Source: a virus
Lineage: Duplodnaviria; Caudoviricetes
Virus record (IMG/VR): IMGVR_UViG_3300009091_001004
Location: 1 to 63,815 of that record
Length of the DNA stretch: 63,815 bases
Reading direction: 5' to 3' (one strand)
The notes beneath the pieces are model-generated. The model had not been told where the DNA came from, searched no databases, and was given only the letters and a program-made list of their open reading frames with translations. Shown in pieces: positions 46,888 to 55,803 of this stretch (position 1 is the first letter of the stretch; each line of letters starts with the position of its first letter). A program made the translations under genes and the position numbers.

Positions 46888-47444
46888 TTGTAAAGAATAT
46901 AGTTGTTGCTGCTCCCCGAGAAATAACCGGGACAGACATAAAGCTTCTGGCGAAAGCACACTGGGAGAAGTACTTCTTTAACCGGGTATCGCTTCCGGGG
47001 AAGTCGACAATTCTGCTGTGGATTTCCCTGGTCCTGGTACTGGCTATGATTCCCTTCCTGGTTTCCGCAGCACAGAATACCCGGTATAACAGTACATTAA
47101 TAAAACAGTCCCTGACCGCCGTAGTTGTAGAAGGAAACCTGGAAACACTGGCCTTTCGCGACGGGAGCATACGCCTGTTTCAGGATAATGAGGAAGTGGC
47201 AACCGTACGATCGGTCCCGCTTCCAGGCAGTTCCAACGCAATCAATAACGGGAGCGTGGTCATGGTTCTGTTCCTGGTAACTGCAGTCCTTGTTACAATT
47301 GTGCGGTTCTGGTATATTAGTATTAAAAATACCTATATAGAGCGATGTGTAGGTAGATGGGAAGCTGGTTACCGTGAACTCCCCGACGAGAATTCTATAA
47401 TCAGCTACCTGGATGGGATATCCCGAGTGAAAAAAGAATCGTAA
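46884..47444 (+). CDS. Two-TM membrane protein
   Basis: AAGGAG RBS; two hydrophobic helices. Confidence 0.6.
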   Translation: MIVKNIVVAAPREITGTDIKLLAKAHWEKYFFNRVSLPGKSTILLWISLVLVLAMIPFLVSAAQNTRYNSTLIKQSLTAVVVEGNLETLAFRDGSIRLFQDNEEVATVRSVPLPGSSNAINNGSVVMVLFLVTAVLVTIVRFWYISIKNTYIERCVGRWEAGYRELPDENSIISYLDGISRVKKES

Positions 47445-47502
47445 GAGATAATCTTATAATAATAATAATTTATAAGAGATAATTTTAAGGGAGGAAAAAA
47501 GT

Positions 47503-47778
47503 ATGGGGATCCTGGACAAAATAAGAGGAGAGGATAAGGGTATCCCGGTCAATGCCTCGTTCCGGATTACCGAGCAGGGTAGAGACAAGCTGCAGGAGTT
47601 CTCCGGGAACGCAACAAGTCGCATACTGGTAGCACTGGAGACAAGGGGAACAAGCACAATCAACGAAATCAGCGCCGCCAGTGGTGTAGGGCGCGGCCAG
47701 GTGGAAAGATTAGTGCCGAAACTGATCACAGCCGGACATGTTCAGTACGCAAGCTCGGTCACGAGTGACGATATATAG
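47503..47778 (+). CDS. Winged-helix DNA-binding protein
   Basis: ILVAL...G.STINEIS..SGV....V...V..L...G.V pattern; GGAGG RBS. Confidence 0.7.
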   Translation: MGILDKIRGEDKGIPVNASFRITEQGRDKLQEFSGNATSRILVALETRGTSTINEISAASGVGRGQVERLVPKLITAGHVQYASSVTSDDI

Positions 47779-47850
47779 ACGCAGGATTATGGGCAAAGAG
47801 GAAATCAGAAGTAGTTAGGAAGTATTAAAAAGAATATGAAGGGGGTTCAG

Positions 47851-48699
47851 ATGAAAGCGCGGATGAGTAGACGTAGTAGGTTACTAGCTTTGGTGACTAG
47901 TATTACAGTAGTGTTGGCTCTTATGCTTAGTATTTCAGTACCAATTGTAACTGCATCTGGTAGTCTTTTGTCTATCGGAGTAAGTACAGATGTACGTAGC
48001 AGGACTATTCCTCCTAGTTGGTGGACAGACTCTAATTTGCATAATGGACTCTGGTACCAGGATTTTTACAACCCTATTTATGTGCAGGATACTCCACAGA
48101 GCCCTATTTATCAAGTTAGCTTTATGAAGATTTATTCTTTAGGTGGAACTTTGAGAGTAATGGAACTTAGTACCTATCCTAGAGCTTATATGGATAAAGA
48201 TCCACACGTCTATACGGTAGACACTCCTTTTGTGGTGACACAGGACGACCTAAATGATTTCTATAACCCTGTGTCTATGACAGTAGGCTCACAGCAAACT
48301 GTAAATCCAGGAGACTTTATCTTCTGCGACACTCATAGAGTAGTTTGGGTAGTTGGAGATACTGCATACCATTATGCGGGAGATATGCTACCTGGGTCTT
48401 TTCCCACTTGGATTGAATCAGAGAGTCTTCCTACTCCGAAATGGGTGGATAATAGAACTACTGTTCTTCCCGCAGTGTTTCAGGCTGTTAAGGGAGAGTT
48501 AGCAACCTATGAGATGTATGAAGCTTATTTTAAGCAGGATACAGATACAGACTGGACTAAGATGCCAGATGCTTATTGGCAGCAGTTAGTTACTGCTTTT
48601 GGGGGAGCAGATACTCAGGTTAAGATAAATGCCAAGATAGGTAGGGATCGCTTAGTAGTTAGACTTCTGTATGACAGAGTAATGGATTTAGGTGGTTAA
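47851..48699 (+). CDS. Secreted hypothetical protein (AT-rich module)
   Basis: Signal peptide; aromatic-rich mature region. Confidence 0.6.
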   Translation: MKARMSRRSRLLALVTSITVVLALMLSISVPIVTASGSLLSIGVSTDVRSRTIPPSWWTDSNLHNGLWYQDFYNPIYVQDTPQSPIYQVSFMKIYSLGGTLRVMELSTYPRAYMDKDPHVYTVDTPFVVTQDDLNDFYNPVSMTVGSQQTVNPGDFIFCDTHRVVWVVGDTAYHYAGDMLPGSFPTWIESESLPTPKWVDNRTTVLPAVFQAVKGELATYEMYEAYFKQDTDTDWTKMPDAYWQQLVTAFGGADTQVKINAKIGRDRLVVRLLYDRVMDLGG

Positions 48700-51392
48700 T
48701 GAAGGCTAGACTTTACACAGTTCTATTTTCGGGCTTAGTGGCCTTAGGACTACTAGCGGGGATGGTTGCCCCTGCCAAGGCTGAGTCTCAGGTAATTATT
48801 GGAGGATATTATGATGCCTTGAGTTCCTCTGCTACTGAGTATAATGCTCTTTGCAGTGGATTTACCTGGAATATTACCGCCTGGAATAGATTATCAGTAT
48901 TCCCTACTGCAGGGACGTTAAGCAGGTTTTCTGTAGAGCTATCTACAAATCCTGGAACGGATACGGATGCTTACACTATTACTGTGATGATAAATGGAAG
49001 TCCGTCTTCTCTAACAGTGACTTTTAACGCTGCCGATACTCAGAAGATAGACACGGATCATACGGTGGACATTACTGCTGGAGACACTGTGAGTATTAGG
49101 TCTACTATAACATCCACTCCTGATAATACTCCCACAGCTAGATGGTCTGCTGTTTTTACTGGTAGTACAGCTAAGTCGGTGGGGTACTCCTCTCCTACAG
49201 CAATGAGTGGGTACACTGGACCCACTACAGTACAGCAAACATCATGGGGTTACCAGTATCAATTATCTAATGGCGATATAGTTGAAGTAGGCGATAGCAC
49301 CACTACTGATTTTAAGGCAAAAGTTAAGACTATACGTTATACAGGTGCCTGTTGGTTTTCGTTGGGCTGGAATGCTGGTGTATTCTCTCCCAGTCTTAAT
49401 GGATTAACTATTTCATTTCCTTTTAACAGCAATACTAATGTTAGTGTTTATCCTGTAGAACCTAGTGTAAGGTTACCTGAGGGTGGCATTGAATACGATA
49501 TACAGCTCCTGAAAAAACCTGCACAAAACTACATTACTCTTAATATTGACTGGCAGGGAATTACTTGGCAGAAAATCCTTCCTTTAAATATGGAGTATAG
49601 TGAAGCACGTTGCGAGGATGTATTTGGCTTGCAGGGTGCACCTTATACTATTACAGCAACTTCTATTATAGGCACCGATGGTATCACTTATAAAACAAGA
49701 CCAGAATATGAAGTTAATTCTTATTTAGGTACTGCAGTAGCTCCTACTACCGATACGGATGTAATAGGCTGGAACGAGACTACACAGCAACCCATTACTT
49801 ATTCTAATGTATCAAGAACTTATCTTTACATTCACCGTGGGCAGATGACCGATGCTCTTGGTAACAAGGCGTGGGTCGAAGATATTAACTTTGATGAGGT
49901 AGATAAGACTATTACGTTCACGCTACCTGCTGTTTGGATGCGTAATGCAACTTATCCTGTTAGTCAGGTTTGCGGTGTTGACCCTGCTTATACACAAGAT
50001 TTGGACTATTGGGACAGCACAGATTACGGCGGTTCAGATGGTGTGTGGGGCAACTATGACCTGTACACCAACAAGGGTGTTCCCAAAGGAGCAACAGCAG
50101 AAATTATCGTAGCCAATATTCAGACTGGCGTGGAAAACAGATTAGGAGTCAGGACTGACGGTAGTTCTCTTAACAGACACGTTCAACAACATGAAGCAGA
50201 AGGTGGTGGGGAAACTCACTGCCGTATATTTGCTACCTGTCATGCCACAACGGGGTTGATAGAGTGTTATCACTCTGACGTATCTGATGACGACCTTTTC
50301 TATTTAGTGGGGTATTGGGAGAACGTCACTTTTACCGAGGATTGGAATATTACTTATTCTACTACTGGCGACTGGCAGACTAGGGATATGAGTTCATCTT
50401 ATGCCGATAAAGTTCTCCACTGCTTGCTAGAAAATAGCGAAGCGGATACTGCTAATAGTATGGGAGTTAGGGCAGTTGGTTCGTCTCTAGATAGACAAAT
50501 TTATGTACATGAACCTGAATCTGGAGGCGAGTCGCATCTGGATATGTTTGTTAAAGCAGATTCAAGTGGAGACTTACAGGTTACTAATGATGATACTGGC
50601 GGTAGTAATTATATCCGTATAGCGGGTTACTTTGGTTCAGAGATGGACTTCGTGGAGAAGTGGCAAGCTGTTACCTTTCTGAATGATAGCTGGTATAACG
50701 TTGACCTATCAGCATATATGGATGTTGATGGGAGAATGGTAGATGTTCTCTGTACTAATACCAGTACATCAGCAACTAAAATCTTAGGTGTACGGAATGG
50801 CGACGATACAACATTAGAGAGAAGTCTTACCGAACATGAGGATGAGGGTGATTCTCTTGAATATACAGGTTTTGGTATGTCTGCTCAGTCCAACTCGTCT
50901 GGTATAGTAAAGTTTAAGGGTAATGCTTCATGGGCATACTATTATCATACAGGCTACTTTAAGCCCGCATCTAGTTACAGTATTTCCAATGACCCTTCCA
51001 CTGAAGCACTGGGACTACTTGCAGTTAATACCACATATTATGCTTTCGGTTCTGCGCCAAGTAATCCTGTAGGCGATGCGGAATGTACATTTATTCTTAC
51101 CAACGCTGGTATTCAGTGCGACCTTGATATGCACGTAGATGACTTCACAGGTGGAGTAGGCTGGAATATTGATGCTACTCCTGAGGCAAATGAAGTTAAG
51201 ATTACTGCTTATTATGGAGGACAAAACCCAGCATCTGGACTAGTGCTAACTAATGCCGACCAAGAGTTTTACGACGCATTGGGAGTAGGTGCACATATAC
51301 ATTGGGATTTTGCTTTACTTACAGGTTCCAGTTTTACCGATGGAGTTGCGAAGAGCGCCACTCTGACGATAACGGCAGTTGCCGAAGATTAG
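48699..51392 (+). CDS. Large secreted protein with C-terminal WxL-like filament domain (putative tip adhesin)
   Basis: Signal ending AKA; three GVR..GS...R..HE.E repeats; C-terminal FTGGVGW...FTDGVAKS domain shared with ORF 51799. Confidence 0.7.
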   Translation: MKARLYTVLFSGLVALGLLAGMVAPAKAESQVIIGGYYDALSSSATEYNALCSGFTWNITAWNRLSVFPTAGTLSRFSVELSTNPGTDTDAYTITVMINGSPSSLTVTFNAADTQKIDTDHTVDITAGDTVSIRSTITSTPDNTPTARWSAVFTGSTAKSVGYSSPTAMSGYTGPTTVQQTSWGYQYQLSNGDIVEVGDSTTTDFKAKVKTIRYTGACWFSLGWNAGVFSPSLNGLTISFPFNSNTNVSVYPVEPSVRLPEGGIEYDIQLLKKPAQNYITLNIDWQGITWQKILPLNMEYSEARCEDVFGLQGAPYTITATSIIGTDGITYKTRPEYEVNSYLGTAVAPTTDTDVIGWNETTQQPITYSNVSRTYLYIHRGQMTDALGNKAWVEDINFDEVDKTITFTLPAVWMRNATYPVSQVCGVDPAYTQDLDYWDSTDYGGSDGVWGNYDLYTNKGVPKGATAEIIVANIQTGVENRLGVRTDGSSLNRHVQQHEAEGGGETHCRIFATCHATTGLIECYHSDVSDDDLFYLVGYWENVTFTEDWNITYSTTGDWQTRDMSSSYADKVLHCLLENSEADTANSMGVRAVGSSLDRQIYVHEPESGGESHLDMFVKADSSGDLQVTNDDTGGSNYIRIAGYFGSEMDFVEKWQAVTFLNDSWYNVDLSAYMDVDGRMVDVLCTNTSTSATKILGVRNGDDTTLERSLTEHEDEGDSLEYTGFGMSAQSNSSGIVKFKGNASWAYYYHTGYFKPASSYSISNDPSTEALGLLAVNTTYYAFGSAPSNPVGDAECTFILTNAGIQCDLDMHVDDFTGGVGWNIDATPEANEVKITAYYGGQNPASGLVLTNADQEFYDALGVGAHIHWDFALLTGSSFTDGVAKSATLTITAVAED

Positions 51393-51402
51393 GAGAAATA
51401 AA

Positions 51403-51774
51403 ATGAAAAAGCAAAACGGGTTTACACTTATTGAACTACTGGTAGTAATTGCAATTCTAGGAATACTTGTGGCTGTTGTGATGCCAAGAATAATCTCTTT
51501 TATTAGCTCTGGAACAGTTGCTGCAGCCAATGTCGAAGCGCACGATGTGCAACTGGCGGTGACTGCTTATATGGCAGACGAAGGGGTTTATGACTTTGAC
51601 GGGGATGTTAGTCCTATATCCACAACAGGCGCAGAGACATTTCTCTCTAACGCTGGTAATCTTCAAGCAATTTACACAATAACGGACGGAGAAATAACTG
51701 GGGCAATGCCTATTGAAGGTGGTAAATATGCTGGGTTGACCTACACTGTAGAGAAAGGATGGTTTAAAACTTAA
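51403..51774 (+). CDS. Type IV pilin/pseudopilin
   Basis: Class III signal KQNG|FTLIELLVVIAILGIL; start moved to 51403 after AGGAG. Confidence 0.9.
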   Translation: MKKQNGFTLIELLVVIAILGILVAVVMPRIISFISSGTVAAANVEAHDVQLAVTAYMADEGVYDFDGDVSPISTTGAETFLSNAGNLQAIYTITDGEITGAMPIEGGKYAGLTYTVEKGWFKT

Positions 51775-51798
51775 ATGAAAGGAGGTGAGAAAACAAGC

Positions 51799-52368
51799 AT
51801 GAAGACAATAAATAGAAGGATACTGAGAATACTAGCTGTATTAGTAGTTCTTAGTATTACCGCTCTGGTTCCACTGACTGCTACGGCAGCCACTACAGCA
51901 GACATTACCATTACTGCTACACCTGAGTATGTTGCTATGACTCTCAGTAATAGTCCTAACACATGGGCAATCGGTGCTATCGCTGAAGCAACAACTGTCT
52001 ACTGGACAGCAGATACTTTAGTGCCAGCAGAACCATTAGTGGATGGCGATATGAAAGAAACCATTACTAATACTGGTAGCGTCACGTCTGATGTGACAAT
52101 TGAGTGCGCTAACTTTACAGGTGGTGTGGGGTGGACATTGTCACCAGACGAAACTCCAGGTTCCAATGAAGTAAACTTGAGGGCAGGAATCACGGGTATG
52201 GCAAACCTGGCAGCCATGATCCAGGTAGAAAATGCTCCTGCGGAACTTATCGACAGCCTTGCTGCATCTGGAACAAAAATGATGTGCCTGATACTGGAAA
52301 CAGGTACATTCACCGACGGAGTAGCAAAATCAGGTACGTCAACACTAACTATTGCTAAACACGTATAA
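51799..52368 (+). CDS. Secreted WxL-like filament subunit (putative shaft)
   Basis: GGAGGTG RBS; signal peptide; mature N-terminus ATTADITITATP; FTGGVGWTL and FTDGVAKS motifs. Confidence 0.7.
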   Translation: MKTINRRILRILAVLVVLSITALVPLTATAATTADITITATPEYVAMTLSNSPNTWAIGAIAEATTVYWTADTLVPAEPLVDGDMKETITNTGSVTSDVTIECANFTGGVGWTLSPDETPGSNEVNLRAGITGMANLAAMIQVENAPAELIDSLAASGTKMMCLILETGTFTDGVAKSGTSTLTIAKHV

Positions 52369-52463
52369 AGTTAAACAGAGTACAGGTGGAAATCCTGCAA
52401 AAGGTTTTGAGAGCAACAGTTTAAATGATTGCTAGAGCCATAATAAGAAAGGAGAGGATGTAA

Positions 52464-53612
52464 TTGCGAAAGATAAAGGTCATAACACTACTGGTGTCCG
52501 TTTTCGTCGTGCTTAGCGGCTGCGCGGGTACCCCGGTATCCCCAACTACGGAACCAACCGCCACAGTGGAGCCAGCAGCAACGGCAGGAACAGCAGTACC
52601 CACAGCAACGGCAGAGATAGCAGTGCCCATAACAACAGTAGGAACATCAATAGAGATACTAACAAACCCAAATCTGCAATTTATCTGGAATGTCCCTTAT
52701 CGAGATCCTCCGGAGTATAGTCTTAAGCTGGAGGCATCCGTACCGAGCTGTCGCTGGGAGGTCGTCTCCGGATCTCCTCCGACGGGGCTAACCCTCGGGG
52801 TTGACGGGAGAATAACAGGAATTGCGTCCGTCCTGGATGAGACAGGTACCTTTACAGCAAAAGTAACCAAAGGGCGGCAGGTGGGCACCAGGGTCTTCGT
52901 TTACAAGGTTATCGATGTCGTCTGGGTTACTCCCGGTACAGTAAATATAGGAAATTTCAGTCCAGGGTCCCGTGCAGAGTACGCTTTTCGAGTACACAAT
53001 GATTACAGCGTAATGAATGAACAGAAGACCGTTATTACTGACTCTACCGATATCCCGGATAGCCAGGGGTTCATCAGTGTCCCTATTCCGGTATCGCAGA
53101 AGCTGCATAACGGAGAACTGGACAGTGTGCTTTCTGTAGTAAGCAGCGAGCCCGCAGACAAACTAAGCTCAGTCAGCTATGACCCGGAGAAGAACATGGT
53201 TATAGTTTCGGGGTTCCTCCCCCTAACAAAGCGGATCATCAGTATCTCCTATGCCGCCGATTCCCTGTTCGGGGTCACCTACAAGGTTCTTGTCCCTAAC
53301 GGGGAGAGGTACACAGAGCTGATGTCCAAGGTGAAAGAAGGAACGATATCTGCTTTAGAGCAGTCTGAGCTGGATGCAACAAAAGCGTGGGTCGGAATGG
53401 TTACAGAGATGATACAGGTGAAAGAGACTCAGTTCGTTCTGCGCCCTCATGAGACAAAGTCGGTAGAGGTGGCTTTCGAGATGCCGGAGTCGTTCGTACC
53501 AGGAGTTAAACAGTTCAAGTTCCAGACATCCTCTGGGAGAGCCGCGAGAATAGCAAGTGGAGCCCAGTTAAACGTAGCAACAGCGGTGACCTGGATCGTT
53601 ACAATGAAGTAG
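52464..53612 (+). CDS. Lipoprotein with Ig-like domains
   Basis: LSGC lipobox, T/P/A-rich linker, W...SG..P.GLTL...G.ITG putative Ig (He_PIG-like) motif. Confidence 0.65.
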   Translation: MRKIKVITLLVSVFVVLSGCAGTPVSPTTEPTATVEPAATAGTAVPTATAEIAVPITTVGTSIEILTNPNLQFIWNVPYRDPPEYSLKLEASVPSCRWEVVSGSPPTGLTLGVDGRITGIASVLDETGTFTAKVTKGRQVGTRVFVYKVIDVVWVTPGTVNIGNFSPGSRAEYAFRVHNDYSVMNEQKTVITDSTDIPDSQGFISVPIPVSQKLHNGELDSVLSVVSSEPADKLSSVSYDPEKNMVIVSGFLPLTKRIISISYAADSLFGVTYKVLVPNGERYTELMSKVKEGTISALEQSELDATKAWVGMVTEMIQVKETQFVLRPHETKSVEVAFEMPESFVPGVKQFKFQTSSGRAARIASGAQLNVATAVTWIVTMK

Positions 53613-53643
53613 ACAAAAAAAAATAGAGGTTTAAGGCGGGAAG

Positions 53644-54546
53644 GTGAAAAAGTGGCTTCGAGTTCTCATAGCAGTAGTGTATGTGGTAGCCGTGTTGGCT
53701 ATCCCTCTAACTGCTCTTGCGTCCGAAGTAGCCGATATCACTATCACAGCTACCCCGATATTCACTGCAGGAATTATCAACTTCCAGGTTACCTATATCA
53801 ACGACCAACGCCTGGATTTCAGCTGGGGATATGGGATAGGCGCAACAAAAATCATGATCCGGGCGAAGTATGGAGACTATCCCAGTGATATACCAGATGA
53901 GAGCACAACACCAACAGACGGATATGAAGTTTATTATGGGAACGGGGTCACTGCAAGCGATACCTCGGTCGATTTTGACCAGAGCCCTGGCCCTATATAC
54001 ATTAAAGCATGGGGCCAGAAGGCAGATGGAACATGGTATACGACTGCTGATACCGGCCAAGAGGAGGGCATGGGGATGACACTACTGGCATTATCGATAC
54101 TGGCACTTGGGCTTACTGCAGCAATGTTTGCTACTAAAAACATGATGCTGGGATTCCCCTGCGTCATCTTCTGGGGAGTAATGGGCGGATATTCCTACAC
54201 CAGATCGAGTACAACCTGGGACTGGCAGTACCTGCTCTTCTTCGCTGCCATGGGAATGGCGATATTCTCTGCTATTGCCATGTATGCACTGCGGAAGAGA
54301 GATCTTGATCCTCCTAAAGGCGACTACCTGGACTCGGGAAGCTTTATAGACGAAGGACCGTCTCGCGGTAAAGGAGGACAGGGGGCTACTCTGGCTGCGG
54401 AGCCAGAAGAGTATGAAGAATATATGAACGATGATATGGATATGGTATACCGCCCGAGTAAACGGACCAAGGAACTGCACGCAAGAGCTGCAGCCCGGCG
54501 CTCCGGACAGGTACACCGAAAAGATTCATGGGGAGAATTTAAATGA
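53644..54546 (+). CDS. Secreted domain with multi-TM anchor (putative filament base)
   Basis: Mature N-terminus SEVADITITATP matches ORF 51799; P..PTDG..VY.G Fn3-like motif; three TMs; cytoplasmic tail. Confidence 0.65.
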   Translation: MKKWLRVLIAVVYVVAVLAIPLTALASEVADITITATPIFTAGIINFQVTYINDQRLDFSWGYGIGATKIMIRAKYGDYPSDIPDESTTPTDGYEVYYGNGVTASDTSVDFDQSPGPIYIKAWGQKADGTWYTTADTGQEEGMGMTLLALSILALGLTAAMFATKNMMLGFPCVIFWGVMGGYSYTRSSTTWDWQYLLFFAAMGMAIFSAIAMYALRKRDLDPPKGDYLDSGSFIDEGPSRGKGGQGATLAAEPEEYEEYMNDDMDMVYRPSKRTKELHARAAARRSGQVHRKDSWGEFK

Positions 54547-54866
54547 GAAATATTATAGTTGCCGTAACAGGATACCTTCTTCTGGGAGCTGCTGCTCTGC
54601 TTATATTTGATCGGGCAACCGGGAGAAGGATTACGAACAGGATAGCGGCCGCAACAGGTGAAACACAGGTCAGGATGACGGAAGCAGGGAACCCCATGGG
54701 GGCAAAGTCAGCCCGAGCCTTTTTCCTTATTTATATGTGGCTGCTCTGGCCCCTGGTGTTACTGGGATCATTAATAGGTAGTGGCAAGAAAGGAGATACT
54801 GTTAGTGGGAAGAAAGAAAATGGATCACGTAGCCAGGATACAGGAACAGAACCGGAGAAAAAGTAA
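54543..54866 (+). CDS. Two-TM membrane protein
   Basis: Two hydrophobic helices; ATGA overlap. Confidence 0.55.
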   Translation: MRNIIVAVTGYLLLGAAALLIFDRATGRRITNRIAAATGETQVRMTEAGNPMGAKSARAFFLIYMWLLWPLVLLGSLIGSGKKGDTVSGKKENGSRSQDTGTEPEKK

Positions 54867-55236
54867 GGCACGCAAGCTGCTCCTGGGGAACCCTTTATCA
54901 CGGAAAATAGTCGCAGCCAGAAGTCACGGTGCCGTGGTAAACGAGCTCTCGAATGGCTCTACTGCAGACCAGATTGGGAGACTGGATGAGCTGGTAGGAA
55001 CACACACGGTTTCCGAGAGGAAGATGAAGGAAGCCATCATGAGGAAAGCTCCCGGGGAAATGGACAAAGCAATACGGAAATTCCGTGAAGAAGGACGGAC
55101 CATTAGTGTAGAAACCCTTTGCGCAGAAGCCAAGTCCGATATTGAGTTCCGGAAACTATGCAGCAAAATAGGCCTGGAGTTATCGTGGTTTGAGACCCTG
55201 GCCAGCGAACGCATGAAGGTGCACGGTGTTGTATAA
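54805..55236 (+). CDS. Hypothetical protein
   Basis: GTG after AGGAG. Confidence 0.55.
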   Translation: MGRKKMDHVARIQEQNRRKSKARKLLLGNPLSRKIVAARSHGAVVNELSNGSTADQIGRLDELVGTHTVSERKMKEAIMRKAPGEMDKAIRKFREEGRTISVETLCAEAKSDIEFRKLCSKIGLELSWFETLASERMKVHGVV

Positions 55237-55263
55237 CGACGTGTCAGAACGGAGATGTGAAGC

Positions 55264-55803
55264 ATGAAGAGCGAATTCAAGGGAAACATTATCTCGGTCC
55301 GAGCAGTAGAGGACAGTATCCGGTCCACCCGGAAATACACCAAGGGAGCATTCAACCGCTCTCCGGAACTAGTTTCCATACAGGGCGGAAATTTCCCCAG
55401 CAAAACGGTAACAGAATACTATGAGGTGTACCCTGAGCTGGAAATCAGCTGGAATATGCTGGCAACAGATGCTTGGGCCCTGATCTGGGGAGACGTTACT
55501 CACATTGATATACGCTTCCAGTATGATTATCGCATTAACAAAGCAAAAATGGTCATTTACGGCGGAGCGGCAGTCATAAAAGAACTCTCTCGGGGAATAC
55601 CCGGCTTCAGCAGCGCTCTTGACGAGATTCTGAGGCTGGAGAGAGAACAGGAAAGACAGGAGAGTAATGGACATATCGCGGGAGACGGCAACGGGCACTC
55701 TACCCGGGAGAACGGCAGCGGAGCTCTTGCAGACGAAGCCATCCCGGGACAGATGGTGGATAATAGCAATCGGGTCAGGACTGGTCTTATCCCCCGTCCA
55801 TAA
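55264..55803 (+). CDS. Hypothetical protein
   Basis: GGAG RBS; overlaps the next ORF. Confidence 0.55.
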   Translation: MKSEFKGNIISVRAVEDSIRSTRKYTKGAFNRSPELVSIQGGNFPSKTVTEYYEVYPELEISWNMLATDAWALIWGDVTHIDIRFQYDYRINKAKMVIYGGAAVIKELSRGIPGFSSALDEILRLEREQERQESNGHIAGDGNGHSTRENGSGALADEAIPGQMVDNSNRVRTGLIPRP

